Assembly: GCA_036172245.1 (NCBI GenBank)
Contig: JAYWIR010000004.1
Span: 806,001 to 870,000 of the forward strand
DNA: 64,000 bases
Direction of reading: 5' to 3'
Source: Raillietiella orientalis
Lineage: Eukaryota
Shown: positions 24,801-37,500 of the stretch, piece after piece
How the letters are laid out: every line of letters begins with the position of its first letter
How positions within the stretch are numbered: the first letter of the stretch is position 1
Notes under the pieces: model-generated
What the model saw: the letters and a program-made list of their open reading frames with translations, nothing else
What the model was told of the DNA's origin: nothing
The model's database searches: none
Translations under genes and position numbers: made by a program

Positions 24801-26379
24801 TCCCCTTCCGTCCAAGTTAGGAAGACAACGAAAGCGAAGATCCAAACCGAATTCACCATCTCGTAATGCGCTATGCGCGCTCTCAAAAATTCGAATCGCC
24901 TTTCATGATGAACTTCCTCTAGGCAGATCATATTTCATGCTCATTTCTTTCGCATTACGCACACGAGTAATCCTTCGCGCTGGTCCGCTTAATCCGTCCG
25001 AAAACTCTTGGATGTTAGGAGGAGCACAAATTGCTCTTCAAGCGAGCGAACGGAATTATGGCTCCTGGATGCTCAAAACTTGAGAAATGACTCCTGTTCC
25101 AAGGGATGATTTCCGTTACCAGAGAAGCAGTTCGTTCCGTATGTCCAAAGGTTCTCTTCGAAGATTGAGACCAAAATTTTCGCAGCTCGTAGCTTCAGTC
25201 TTCTTGGACCATTGATCGTTCATCGCGCTGCAGACGACCGAGGGTTTGTTTTCTTCCTGCTGAGATTGCAGTGAAGTCAGCCACTCGTGCTTCGGAGGGA
25301 CGTTGGCTGTTCCTCCTTCGTTGGAGTTTCTTTTTGCTCCTCTGCCCTTTTCTCGTCAGGGAGCTTCGAGAAATGAGCCGTCGAGTCATCCGTCCATGGA
25401 GAAGCGTGAACCTGACCGGATTTTAACATATCTGTTTGATTCCTGCAAGACGCCATATGAGGAAGATCCAGCAGCGAATCTTCTGGATTCAGTCCCTCCT
25501 CTATTTCTCAGTAATATCGCTTTCTTCTCCATCGGCCGCCCCCGACTGAGTGGAAGGCCTATCTTTTAGGGTTAAGGAAGGAAGGAGATACGAGGTGCGG
25601 ATGCAAGATTGAAATCCAGCACTGGTTCCGATTACTTCCTTCATTATGGTTATTTTCCTTCTTAACTCCCAGGTTTCTCTTGATTTTTTTTCATTCCTAG
25701 GCTTCTCGCGAGCCTCATTCTTTCCTGAGGATCCGATTCGATCTTGATCTGGGTAGCAGCGTGTGATTTATCCTTTGTTTCCAGTTTGCTTCCGGACATG
25801 TTAGGGCACTTATTGCGCCCAGGAATGTACAAGGAACGAACAACGTAAGTAAGCAGGGTAGGACACTCGGCTCTTCTTGATCCCGCGAGTATGGGGCAGG
25901 CACTACCTTAGCAGATCAACTTCAATTCCGGTCCACAGTGAGATTTCAGTTGATCTGGTTGATAAACAATTATAATAATAGCAATTACAAATTGCTCAAT
26001 AAATGATCGTCGTTTATGAAAGAGCGCTCTTTGCTTACGCACTCTGATGCCGAAATGCAGACTTCTTTTGGGTGACCAGTCCTTAAACGTGCATCCGATG
26101 CTCTTGGAAGGGCTGATCACACTTCATTGCAGCAATCGAGGAGAAATTTAATTGGCGAATGAAAAACAAGCAGCGAAATATCTTCAGTGAAAGCTTGAAA
26201 GAGCAGACCACGAAATGAACAGCACTACTTAAGTAGGAGAAAGTTGAACATTTCCGATTCACTACAAGCATCTTGAAATCTACATGCAAGTGCTCTTATA
26301 AGGAATCAAGCTCTGAAGGTCCAACTAAAACTGCTAATAAACAAAAGTGGCCTTGAATGTTGAAGAGACAAAAATGATT

Positions 26380-26800
26380 GTATTTTTCTCACTGCTGTCT
26401 TTAGATGAAGCTGCAGATGCAAGATGAACATTCAAATTACCTGGAAAATCTAGAAGGGTTCTTCTCAGAGTGCAAGATTGGAGCCATTTAGGAAGACAGG
26501 ATTCGGAGGTCAAATAGAGCTCAACAACCAGATCTTGTCGGAACCTCAGAAGGAATAGCTTCGGAAGCAGATGTGCCCCTCTCTTCGTTGCAATGGATGT
26601 GTGACTGAATAGATCTGGCAAGATGGAACGTTCCGGAGAAAAGGGAGTCTAAAAGTTGCTCCTACTTCCTACTCCTGATTCGTCTACCGTGTTTGTTGAA
26701 CGCGGAGTTACACTCAACTTCTGCAGTCATGGCCTCCGTCCTCGACAACAACAACCGTTGGACAGTTTCATAAAGAATAGAAGGGACTTTCCCAGTCTGA
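26380..26800 (+). pseudogene. Decayed leucine-rich-repeat protein fragment with LRRCT-like cap
   Basis: YLENLEGFFSECKIGAI (L.nL..L.ls.n.I..I) and LQWMCD*IDLARW (W.CDC.l..W), with in-frame stops. Confidence 0.5.
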
Positions 26801-27249
26801 ATGAAAGCTCCAAGGAGAACAGTAGAGGAATCAAAAGATCAGCTTGCCGTTCGCTCGCGGTGAGCAGAGGAAGAAACAGTGTCCTCGCTGGATTTCTTGC
26901 ACATGATGTCCCTCCTGCAATTTGCAGCTTCTTATTTTCGAAGTCGCTTCTGCTCCTTCGGAAGAGCACATCCGAGATGCATCATCTTTCGTGCCGTTGC
27001 ATTTGCTGTTCCATGCTTGTGAGTCAGTGCACTTCACGACATCCACGTTTCCAATTCGGCGATTTTCAATCGAAGAGCTACTGAGACGAGATCTTTTGGT
27101 GAGGACGTCTACGAAGAGACGATGAGATCCTTTCGATCGGAAAGAATCGAACGGAGGACCGTTCGGATGAAAACTCCGGGAAAATTCATCATTCTTTCCC
27201 AATGGGTTGGGTAGGTCACCATCCGCTAGGTGGTATGGGAAAGGATTCG

Positions 27250-27576
27250 TGCACATGTTGAAGCCGCTGCGGAAGATGTGGTGGGGCTTTAACAATTTTT
27301 TTAGGTCACACACCACGATTCTGTGCAAAATTATGAATGAATTGCATCTGATTATTCGCAAGAATTGAACAGTAGGTCTACGTGTATTGGAGACTAATTT
27401 TGGCTTCCATCTTGCCAGATCTATGCAGTCACAGATCCATTCCAACGGAGAAGAGAGGGACACATCTGGTCCCGGAGCTCTTCTCTTCTAAGGTTCCGAT
27501 GTGATCTGGTGGTTGAGCTCTATTTGACCTCCTAATCCTGTCTTCCTGAATGGCTCCAATCTTGCACTCTGAGAAG
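27250..27576 (-). pseudogene. Second, inverted copy of the LRR/LRRCT fragment
   Basis: PLEWICDCIDLARW...IRCNS in ORF 26831-27463(-); 27405-27576 is the reverse complement of 26461-26628 with scattered mismatches. Confidence 0.55.
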
Positions 27577-27579
27577 TGC

Positions 27580-28200
27580 ATCATCACAGGCACCGATCAT
27601 CTCTGGAAGGAATCAAGAATCGGCAGCTGGAGATGATCCGTCGCAAAGGCAGATGCTGCCCGGAGATCATTTTCCATTCGGACTGTGGAGGGAGATGCTC
27701 GCAGCAGTGGCGGCTCAAGAGGATCCACCTCTTCTGTGCAGCCTCAATGGCAAGGTCGCTGAACCCGGACCTGCACAAGGGCATCCCCTAGAAACGAGAT
27801 GGAGTGGCGCTCCGAAGATGCCTGAACTGCTGCATAGGAGCTTGCATGCCTTCTCTGGGTCCAAGAGCACGGCCACAGCATCAGAGCGTGTACGTAGGGG
27901 TCAGCGGCACCTCCCACAGCTTTTGGAAGCGCACTCACCCCTTTTCGTGGGCACGCATGAGCAGAAAGATGCACATGAGGGTCTGCATAACGACACATTG
28001 CACATTGAAGAGGAGCTGCGGGAGAGAAAGAGATTCTCCGGGTCGGTTTGTGCTCCTGCGGTTCCGAAAACACGTCCAAAGCCGGAAGACACGCTCAGGT
28101 GTTGCCTATGTTTCGTCCAAGGACTCTTCCACTCTGCTTGCGCACTTCCGTTCGTCTCCTTACGCTTTACCCACCCATAAAATACGCTGAAATTTACCTG
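27580..28200 (+). mobile_element. Non-LTR RT N-terminal domains (0-2), decayed
   Basis: LPGDHFPFGLWREM (PGpDgip.elwk), then LLCSLNGKVAEPG (li.K.gd...p). Confidence 0.4.
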
Positions 28201-28394
28201 CAAGGCATTCGAGTGCCTGACTGATCACCTGCGCTCTGTCTGTAAGGATTTTTGAATCTCCTCATCATGCGGTAGCCAGAGAGACCTGCGCGGAATCGCT
28301 CAGTTCTCCTCATGGCGGGGGCTGTATCACTCTTCCGATTCCGTGCCTCCCGTCTTCTCACCTCATCCCACGGGACCTTTTCATCTTCCTTCTC

Positions 28395-28558
28395 CTCGAT
28401 CTTCTCATCTCATCTCATCTCATTTCACATCGCATCGTGCTGTGTGCAGTCCTGTCTCGTGACGTATCAGTTATCATTCCGTCTCATCCCGTCGCGCTTC
28501 ATCTCACTCTGCCTCGTTGCGCTTCATTTCATTCTGCCTCATGCTCATCCCATGCATC
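28395..28558. repeat. Degenerate pentanucleotide microsatellite (CATCT-like)
   Basis: catct catctcatct catttcacat cgcatc... with 5-bp periodicity maintained through the tract. Confidence 0.6.
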
Positions 28559-28999
28559 ACGGGAAAAGAAACAGAGGAGGCTGCGTCCGTAGGGTCGGAT
28601 GGAAACGCGGAAGTAGAGAGCGACATGGGAACCTCCGGACAAGGTGCTTTCGGGTCAAATATCGCGAAATCCCGAGGGATGGAGAAGACACAAGGAAGAA
28701 GAGAGTTTTGATTTCGGGTCATGTGGGAAAGGGGGCGGACAAGATGCTGCAGCTATGCAGCATCTCCGAGGCAGGGAGGAAAAGGATATCCTCTGAACGT
28801 ACCGATGGAACCGCGTTCTCTCCAGAGTGAAAGTGAATATTCCTTTCCTAATCGGGACGTGTAGAACGAATCCGGGAGGATGCGTGACGGAGGCTCAGAA
28901 GGATGCACGACCAAGAAGATTTACGGGAGGAGGAACGGAATTTCGGGAGGACTCGTGACTCATGAAATGAGACCTCGGAGGTGCTAGAGGACCCATGGC

Positions 29000-29650
29000 A
29001 GGCTCCTAGGGGTAATGACGAGGAAAGGGGGACTGTGAGCGAGATGGTGAGGGGTCCACACGAGAATCCGTCCTCCCAGGGAGGAAGCGGTGGGTGTCAG
29101 GTGCTCCATTTGAGTGTGCACCTGAAGATGGTGCCAGAAATCAACTCTCTTTGGGAAGGGAAGGCAATGTGGCAAGAAAAAGGAAGGGAGAAAGGAATGC
29201 GGCAGAACTGCCATCGTTGCCCAGATAAACCGCTTAGTTAGGTTGATCTGAAAATTCCCTTCCCTTTGCCTAGCGAAGATCCCCCCCAGGCGTTCCTGAT
29301 CTACGGACCTATGTGTCCAGTAGAGAGGAGGGAGGGAGGGGAGAAGGCATCAAAGACTTTCGTCGCTCTCCCCGGAGAGCACTGTAAAGTGTCGACAGGC
29401 TTCGAGACAACTCTCCTCGTCCACCCACCTCTTCCCCACAGCTGAGGATGCCGATGTACGCTTCCCGCAAGTCCGCTAGGGATTTCTATCTCCTGCAGGT
29501 GGTGCCATCTCTTGAACGCACACTGCGGAGGTGGTGGTAAGCAAAGGATTCCGGGGATTCCCTGCCTCCGCTCTGCTCCAGGATGCCGATAATGTTCCTC
29601 GTCGGACATTTTGCTCATCTCCTCAGTTCAACACCCTCCCTCCCCTCCCT
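29000..29650 (-). mobile_element. Decayed APE endonuclease start of an L1/Tx1-like element
   Basis: RRQGI...HHLQEIEI (lQEt) followed by W.G...GG; preceded by ORF1-like low-complexity sequence. Confidence 0.3.
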
Positions 29651-31839
29651 CTTTATTTCGTCTCTCCTTCCCCAAGAGGACTCTCGTTTGCGACATGTTC
29701 CAAGGCGAGCTCAGGGACGCATTCGGGCTCCCAGATGGAGCGTCCTTGTCTGAAAGTCCTGCTCTCTGAAGAAGTTCAGGCTCCTTTCTCCTGACCAGGT
29801 CCCATCGCTGGGCTGCTATTGGGGCCGGAGGAGATGGGGAAGGAGGGCTCCAGGGAGATGCGGGGGATGGCCCGCGCCGCAATCCCAAGCATCACAGGAA
29901 AAAGCATTCCAGTCGGGAGAGAAAGGGCTGCGCATGCGTGCTCGCCGCCTCGTTGCCACGGGGCAACTTCGTTACCTCACTCTTGACGAAAGGGCCAGGG
30001 AAGGATAGGGGTGCAAACGGGGAAGGCACCGCGCGGAATCGCACGAGGAGGATCGACGCAGCAAAGCTGGAAACAGAATTCAATCGGATCAGGGGCGAGA
30101 GGAGCTCATTTGCTCCTTCCTTCCTACGCTTTAGTGAGGGACCGAGCGCCAGGAGGAGAGCACTGGGAGGATCTGCAAATGCCCTCGCTAATCTTTAGAT
30201 TCCTATTGATCTTCATTATTTCCGGGATGCCTTGACGAGCCGGGATCAGAGGTCCGTGAGAGAGTCAAGGAGGATGATTTGCTGCGCCAGCTGCCGGGAC
30301 GAACATCCAATCACCCAAGATGAGAGCCGAGGCAGCTGAAAGCGCCTGCTGTCGTATAGAAGACCCGCACCGCGTCTTCCGAAAGACGCTGAAGCTCCGC
30401 TTCTTCTTCGGAGAAGCCAAACTTCCGCATCCGGCTATCCAAAGAAGTTTCAAAGAGATCTGGACCAGATCACTTTAGTCACTCCACTCATTTTTTCGCA
30501 GGCATATTTTTGGTGCACTTTATTGTCATCCCTCATCCCCTCATCCCATCATACCATGCTGCATGTTAAATGGTATTGTATGTGTTGTGCATAGTAGCAT
30601 ACGGTAGTCGTAAATCAAAGCATTTCTAGAACTCTCTATTTATAAGCCTCACGTGAGCTTCAGCGTTCTGCACGTGTGGCTTGAGAACGACATTTATGAG
30701 AACAGGGAAGCACAGCACAGCAGAGGGCGTTGCCGGAAAAACATCACGGATGCAGTGACCGCCCAGACTCCCAGAAAATTCCTCCGCTGTCTACGGATGG
30801 CACAATGAGTTCTGGAGACCTTTCGAAGGGAACAAAGGATGTTGGTTGAGCATCCTGACGTACAAAGCATTTCAGCAATAGCTGAGTGATCCCCAAGAAG
30901 AACCCAATAGCTGAGGAGGATTCTGAAGGAGTCTCAATAGCCCATGTTTCCTCCCTCTGGATGGACGGAGAAAAGACGTGGAATCTTAGCCCGCAAGCAG
31001 TCGGAATTAATCGACACCCAAGCAACGGGTGATCAGTCAGTGTTCCCAAGCACACACGTACATGTGCGCCTGCAGCGAGAGAGCTTCAATCATTCTAAAA
31101 TCACACGGCACGGTTCCCTCAGAAGGGAAATGTAGGAGGCAGCTGAGAATCTTGCATCTTTTCCATAACTTCTGAATCTGTTTCTTCTGTTGCAGGATTG
31201 CAAAGGGGGGAACAGAGCGCTGTAGGACGCGTAGTGTTCGTCCACGGCGCATCGTTCTCACCCTGCAAAGAAAGCACGTTCACCGCGTCCTCTCTGCTAC
31301 AGACTTCATTCACTGCGTCCCCTTCCTCTTCTACAGACTGCTTTCACTTCTTGGAGTAGCACGCGAGCTAATGTTCAGCGGCAAAAACGTTCGATGACAC
31401 AAGAAGCCTTGGAGGATTTCACGAGAGGGAAGTTTCCTTTTAGAGGACACGGATCCCTGGATTACAACCTATAAAAAAAACGGCTGACTCCATTCGGCAT
31501 TCTCCTTCTCATCGCTGCTACTGTAGTACTGATAGTGCTGGTGCCGGACGCAGGTATTCATCCCCAGTCGACATTCCACCTTTTTCAAACACACGCCTCC
31601 ATTGTCCTCTGCTGCAGCACGTGCCTCTCCTGTTCCTGTCTCTAGCCCTTGGTCTTTGCTCCTCTGCCCTCCTGCTCACCTTTTCTTTTTTTCACAGCCC
31701 CCTCTTTTTTCCTCCACATCACGCCCATCGAGCGTTCGCTTTTGCCTTGGCAGCTCTCCTTATTCACCCTCTCCTCCTTTTCACACCTGGTGATGCGTTG
31801 AAGAGGGAAAAGAAATAATGTTGGAGCAGTAGAAGCAAA

Positions 31840-34440
31840 ACAGAAGCCCCAGCAGTAGTGGTCACCGGTAACCAATTGACACAGAAGAGGAATGGTTGCG
31901 ACTCCAAGCTTTATGAGCTGTTCAGTTCCGTCCTCGATTCCGGGAAGGGACGGCACTCGCGGTCCCTGTTGGAGAGCAGGCACGCTAAACCTGTCGTCGT
32001 TGTTCTCCAAAGCTTCCCAGCTCCAAGACCCCTTCGAAGATGTCCGTCTATCCTGATTCCAATTCCAGTGCCCGATCCAAAGGTCACGGAGGCATTTCAG
32101 TCCTCAGCAGCGACTGCACGACTGCATGATGTTCACCATCTAATACAAATCTTCCTCACTTCCGCGTTCAAATCTTGGAATGGAGATGATTTGCAGCGAC
32201 ATACTCCTCACGAACTTTCTAGACCGTTTCCCGGGATCGCTCCCGTCTTTCAAAAAACTCCAGTTGTAACAGAGAAGAAGCAAGGTAGTCAGATTGAGAT
32301 GGGCTGAGACGATGCCATTTCTTTCTGTGTGCGAAGAGAAGCCCCAAAGCAAAATTCCAGTAGCTTTCGAGGACCGAGGGTGCACCACGGTCTCAGGGTG
32401 CCGCATTGCAGACAGCGTGAAAATCGCCTCAACGTAGTGTAGGGATAGTCACTGGTATGGAATCCTTTCCACTTCCATGCCATCCGACTACTGACCCATA
32501 CTCCTCTCGTTGCCCTACGATCTTTGCGAGAGGCGGTGTCACGATCCAGATTGCGTCCACGACCTTTCAGGGTACTTGTCGGGGAGAAAGGCTTCTCCGG
32601 GATGCTCAAGCATAGCGGCGTCCAGGCGACCATCGACCACAGGGGTCCAGGCTCTTCGGAAAGACTGGTGCATCGTGCTCGCCATTACGCCGACTCTCCG
32701 TGGCGGCGCTTCCCGCCTCCGTGCGTCCTTTGCCATGGCAGTGGATCCCCTGACATCCGATTGTGGCGTCTTTACAGAAACTGGAAAAGCGCCACGGGAG
32801 CCGCCCGTTGACCCACGGGACAGACGTGCCTGAGCAACGTGACTCCTGTTCCTTGGGTAGCTCATCTGCTCCAGCTGCGAAAGGAAGTGGCAGCTTGTTC
32901 CCCAACCGACTCCAAGTAAAAGCAGCAATGGAGAAGGGACTCCCTACTCCTAATCCTGGAGCTTCCAAGGATCGGCCTATCGAGTCACGAGAGCTCAGTG
33001 CCACCCGGAGAGCAGAACCAGTTTTCAAGGGAGCCGAGAGGGAGGCGAAACAGTCGGGAGGGGAAACATGATGGGCAAGGTAGAGCAAAATTTCTCCACG
33101 AAAGTGCCCCGTCCTTCTCCAAGGACGTTACTCTTCTCTGAGGGGTCGCCTCTGACTCGCGCTTGCCCTTCTGATCCGCACCCTCAGTCCCACGAGATCC
33201 ATTGTTCGTCCAAGAGGTACTGCGGCTGAGGAGAACGCCTTCTTTCACCCACTTCTTAGTGGGGAGCGACTGCGAAAAGGAGCTTCCTCCGATGCGGCCG
33301 CTTCGCCTCCTCCCGAGAACCAGAAAAATCTGTCTTTTATTGAGCCCTCCCTAGAACTCCTCAGGGGCATGAGGTGCATGGGTAGCCCTTTTCTGCTCCC
33401 GTCCCGCATTCGGAGAGCGGCTCTTTTCCTTTTTTCCAGGACACTCGGATGTCTATTCCGTCGCCTTTCGTGGAGACGGAGACAAACCATTGGTGGCTCT
33501 CTTAAGGCGTGTCCATTCCTCAGCTAGGGCTAAGGCAGAGGCGGGGCTGCAGAATCGGGCACGCCGGAAGTGGGATGGGAGGGGAAGGGGGAGCAGCGCA
33601 GCGCAGAACAACCCATTTGTCGCCATGGCAGCCAGGAACGGCGGCTCCGTACTTTCACTTAACGACGTAATCGAGGATGAATGGAGATGATTCGAAGTTC
33701 CTCCGCAGCAGCAAGAGACGAAAAGATCGATACCCTCCTCCCCCTCCTCTTTCCGCGCTTCCTTCCCTCTCCTCCCTTTCTCCTTTCCCTCTATTCGAGG
33801 CAAGGGATGCTGCCGCTCAGCTTACCGTCAGGCTCGCATAGAAGGAGAGACTAATGGAGAAGATGAGAAAGATGGGGACAAGGAACCTCCTCTGCCCTTC
33901 GCTCCGAAGAATTGGCAAGAGGAGGGGCTCAAGGATGATTCTCCCTCCTCCCCTGGGCGTACCGGCCCCCTCAATTCGGGAACAGTCGGACGTGTTTCCA
34001 GGCTGGAGCAACCCGAGGATGTGGCTTTAGCAGCGAGGTGAGCCATGCTCTCGCTGTTCCCGTTCTAACGGAAAGAGAGGGAGCACGGCCCTTCCCCTCT
34101 CGTTCTCCAGCCGCCACCTCTTCTTTGGAATTGCTGCCGGTCTCTGAACCCGTCCCTCAGTGCTTCCACCGCAATGGCAGCGGTCTGCTCAGGCGGAACC
34201 GCTGCGCCCTAGCGACACCGATCCGACCTGGTGGGAGGTGTTGGTTGAGGGGAAGACTCTTCCCTTCCGCTTTCAGCCAGAACGGAAGCCATGGAACATG
34301 GAGCGGAAATGGAGCAGGAACGAATAAAGAAAGTTGTGGAAAAGGTGCAGTGAAGGAGATGAAGAAAGAAGAGAGGGAAGGACGAGGATGCTTAAGAACA
34401 GCGTCCAATGTAGCGTGGAAGTCGGCATCCCCCATGAAAA
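31840..34440 (-). mobile_element. 5' half (ORF1 plus APE) of an I/Jockey-group non-LTR element, decayed
   Basis: Ordered APE motifs QSDVRG (qwNvrG), RKDRRATRGV (rDR...GGV), ILLWGFSSH (llGDFNaH), LIKLGV (iDL) and TGDH (SDH); upstream FVPAPFPL...FW resembles the ORF1 pre-CCHC. Confidence 0.55.
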
Positions 34441-34599
34441 CCGAGGTTTATGGGTACTTTCCTTAGGAATAATAATGGAGTGTTCAAAATACAGCCCTCA
34501 ATGCTGCTGCTTCTGCTGCTGCTGCAGGTAGCCTCGGGTCAGCCAGAGATCCAGTTAGACTGATGCTCTCAAGGAGGGCTGAAGTAGGCTGAAGGATGC

Positions 34600-37500
34600 T
34601 TGCAGGATTCGTTTCCCAAAATAGGTCTACTGATGAAGAAGCTCCGGAAAATGTTCAGCGATGCTCGACCATTTCCCAAGAAGCAGAGCAGTTTGTCCTA
34701 CTTCTCTCTTTTGATTGGTGAGGCACATTACAAGAAAAGGGCTCGAGGAGCGGCAACTCATCCCGGAGCTTCAGCAAACAGCGACTCTCTGACTGCGTCT
34801 GGCTGAAGAAGAGCGAACTTTTCCAGAGATAAAGCTCTAGCAAGATTTCAATGGAAAAACGCACAAGCAGTTGGCGTGACCTTCATGGATGGAGCCACTG
34901 TCTTTATGGAAGGCGTCATCAAAGCAAGAACGAGAAACGGCTAATCCATTCTGCTGTTAGAACTCCAGCTTCCGTATTTGCTTCGTCCCTAACGGACGCG
35001 GAGCTTTCAAGTAATAATGCTATTAGTACTCGCACTTTTGGTTTCTGGAATTTCCGATACCAATGTACTGTGATTTCAGGCACCTTCCCAAGCTCCATTT
35101 AGGTAGACACGATTGGGAGCAATAGATGCGCAGCTGAAGTTTCCAAAAGCACCAAACCAGCAGCCCAAACCTTGCTCTAGAGCTGCCCTTCTCCTGAAGT
35201 TTCCAGATGGCAAGCAGCCTTTTTTCCAGAGGCAACAAAAATATTTGTCACAAATCCTTAGTCACGCTAACCAAAGTACCAACGAACGCCTTTCAAACCA
35301 GTTCAAGCAGCACAGAAGAGATTGCACGGTGAATCTCTTGAGCTGAGTGAGCGTAGTGGGGAATGCTGCTGTTGATGAACTGCATCCGATCGAAAGATCC
35401 CCCCGTGTTGTTGCGCCTGTCACCTCACCTCGAAACTCTTCATTTTGCATAGACCTCGATGCATCCCTTCCATTGTGATCCAATTAACGCTCGACCTCAT
35501 CTCCAGAATTTCGTCTCACCGAAAGAATCACGAAAAATTTGCCTGTAGTCTTAACTGCTGCAAGAGTAGATCGTTCAGCCCTCACTGAATGAAATAATGC
35601 ATAGCGCTCAGAGGAACAAAATAGCCAAAAAGCGAATTGGTTCCAAGAAGCTGAAAAGACTACCTAGAGCAAAAAGGATAGTTCGGCTTTCGTTTTTTGT
35701 CGCGCAGGCTGCTGATTCTCCCAGAGCCAGCCTGAAGAAGTAGCTCCGGCTCATCGTCAAAAGTCAACGGTCAGCATGTCTTATACCCCGTATTTAAATC
35801 TGAGAGGTTGTGAACCCATGAGCTGACCCATGTGCTTCCTCCAATACATCTGTGTATCTGCATGCACACGAGACCGCGAGAGAGCATTTGATTATTCCTT
35901 TAGCATGTCATTGGAACGCCAATTGCTTTCGAATGAAGATCACTATTAGCAGTTTTCTTTGATCATGAAAGTGACGAAGAGTTCGAGGAGAGCAGGAACA
36001 CAGGAGCTGTGGATCACCGAGAAAGAAAAACGGTGCTACTTTTTCCGTCCTTAGTAACATGTGGAAGATGCCAGGAAGAAATCGCGTTGAGATACTCTTT
36101 TCTCACTAAAGTTTCTGTTGACGGCGAAGGAAAACATTTCCCAACCGTTTGCCAAATCGTGTTCCTTATCTGCAGCTTTTATTCTCACGACTGTAGCCAG
36201 CTGCTCCCCTTTTCAAATTTAAAGCAGTTATCAATCAAACAATGTGTCATCAGAGCAATCTTAAGGAGAAGATCAATTGTCACAAAACAGATACAGGAAG
36301 CGGATAAAGTGGAAGGTGAGTTTTCTTTAAAAAAGTCGGAGCAGCCTCTGTGCTTCAGCGAGGCTTCCTCAGGAGCTGCAGATACCTGGCATTAATGGGG
36401 TGAAGGTGGAGTGGTTCCTGCACTGGTCGAACAAGAATCGCAACCGAGATCTCAGGAAGAATTTGCTTTTTACGACATCTGAATTTCGTAAGGTTGTCAC
36501 GTTTCTATCTGCGTGTCCCTCTGATGGCAGTTCCTCCCCACGGTAACGCAGGATCCATGTATGTGTGTTTTTTCATTTTGTTTTTTTGCTACAGATGATG
36601 ACGTATGCCAGACTCCAACAGCATGCTCTCTGTGTTCCTCGATTAAAATCGACAAATCTGCCTGGTGAGAACAATGATGGCTCCCAAGACCCCAAGAAGA
36701 CGGTGGATGCCATTCAAGGAAACTGTTTTCAGTCGCCGACGTCTCCATGAAAAGCAGAGAAGTGACCCGAACGCGGAGCTGAAACAGAAACGAGCCTCAG
36801 TGGTAGTTTGTGGGCAGAATCCCATTTCCTCTCTTCGCATTCCCGCCTGTGGCCAGTTCCCAGAAATCATGTTCACCACCGTGAGGTGTCTCCATCCCAC
36901 CCCCATTTGCTTGCCTGTTTATCGATCCTGTCTTCTCACCCTCTACATGCTCCTTTTCCAGTGATGTTCAAGAGCCCTCGTTTTAAACTGGCAGACATTT
37001 AGCCCTTTCCGAGTTCGTTTCATAAAGCAACCTCACCCCTTCGTCAGACCCTCTCATGAGTCGGTGCAAGAGGTGTCGCAAGAATCGAAAATCGGGCAAA
37101 AATTCCCGCAGGGGACTCTTACAGAAGGGATAGACGGGACAGCGATAACCTGTGAAATGGGACAGTAGCTGCACGGGACCTATAAGACCCCTTCGGCTGA
37201 AGCAAGGATGCCCCCCGAGTCCTCTGTCGTCCAACATGGCTCTAGACGACCCTTGCAAGCGATGAACACATCGTTCCTATAGAGCGCGTCCTCGTTACCC
37301 GCAGACATGGATGACCTCGCCTTGATAGCAGGTACCAGCGACGACCTACAAGAGCAGCTCTAATTATTCGGGGAGCAGTGAGAAAAGTCTTCCATCTGTG
37401 AACTCAAGGAAGCGGGTCAACCTCCATTATGGGGAGGCTACACCTTGTGGGGCAGGTTCCCAATGAACCGTTTGGGAATCTCTGTGTACGAGGCGTCCCA

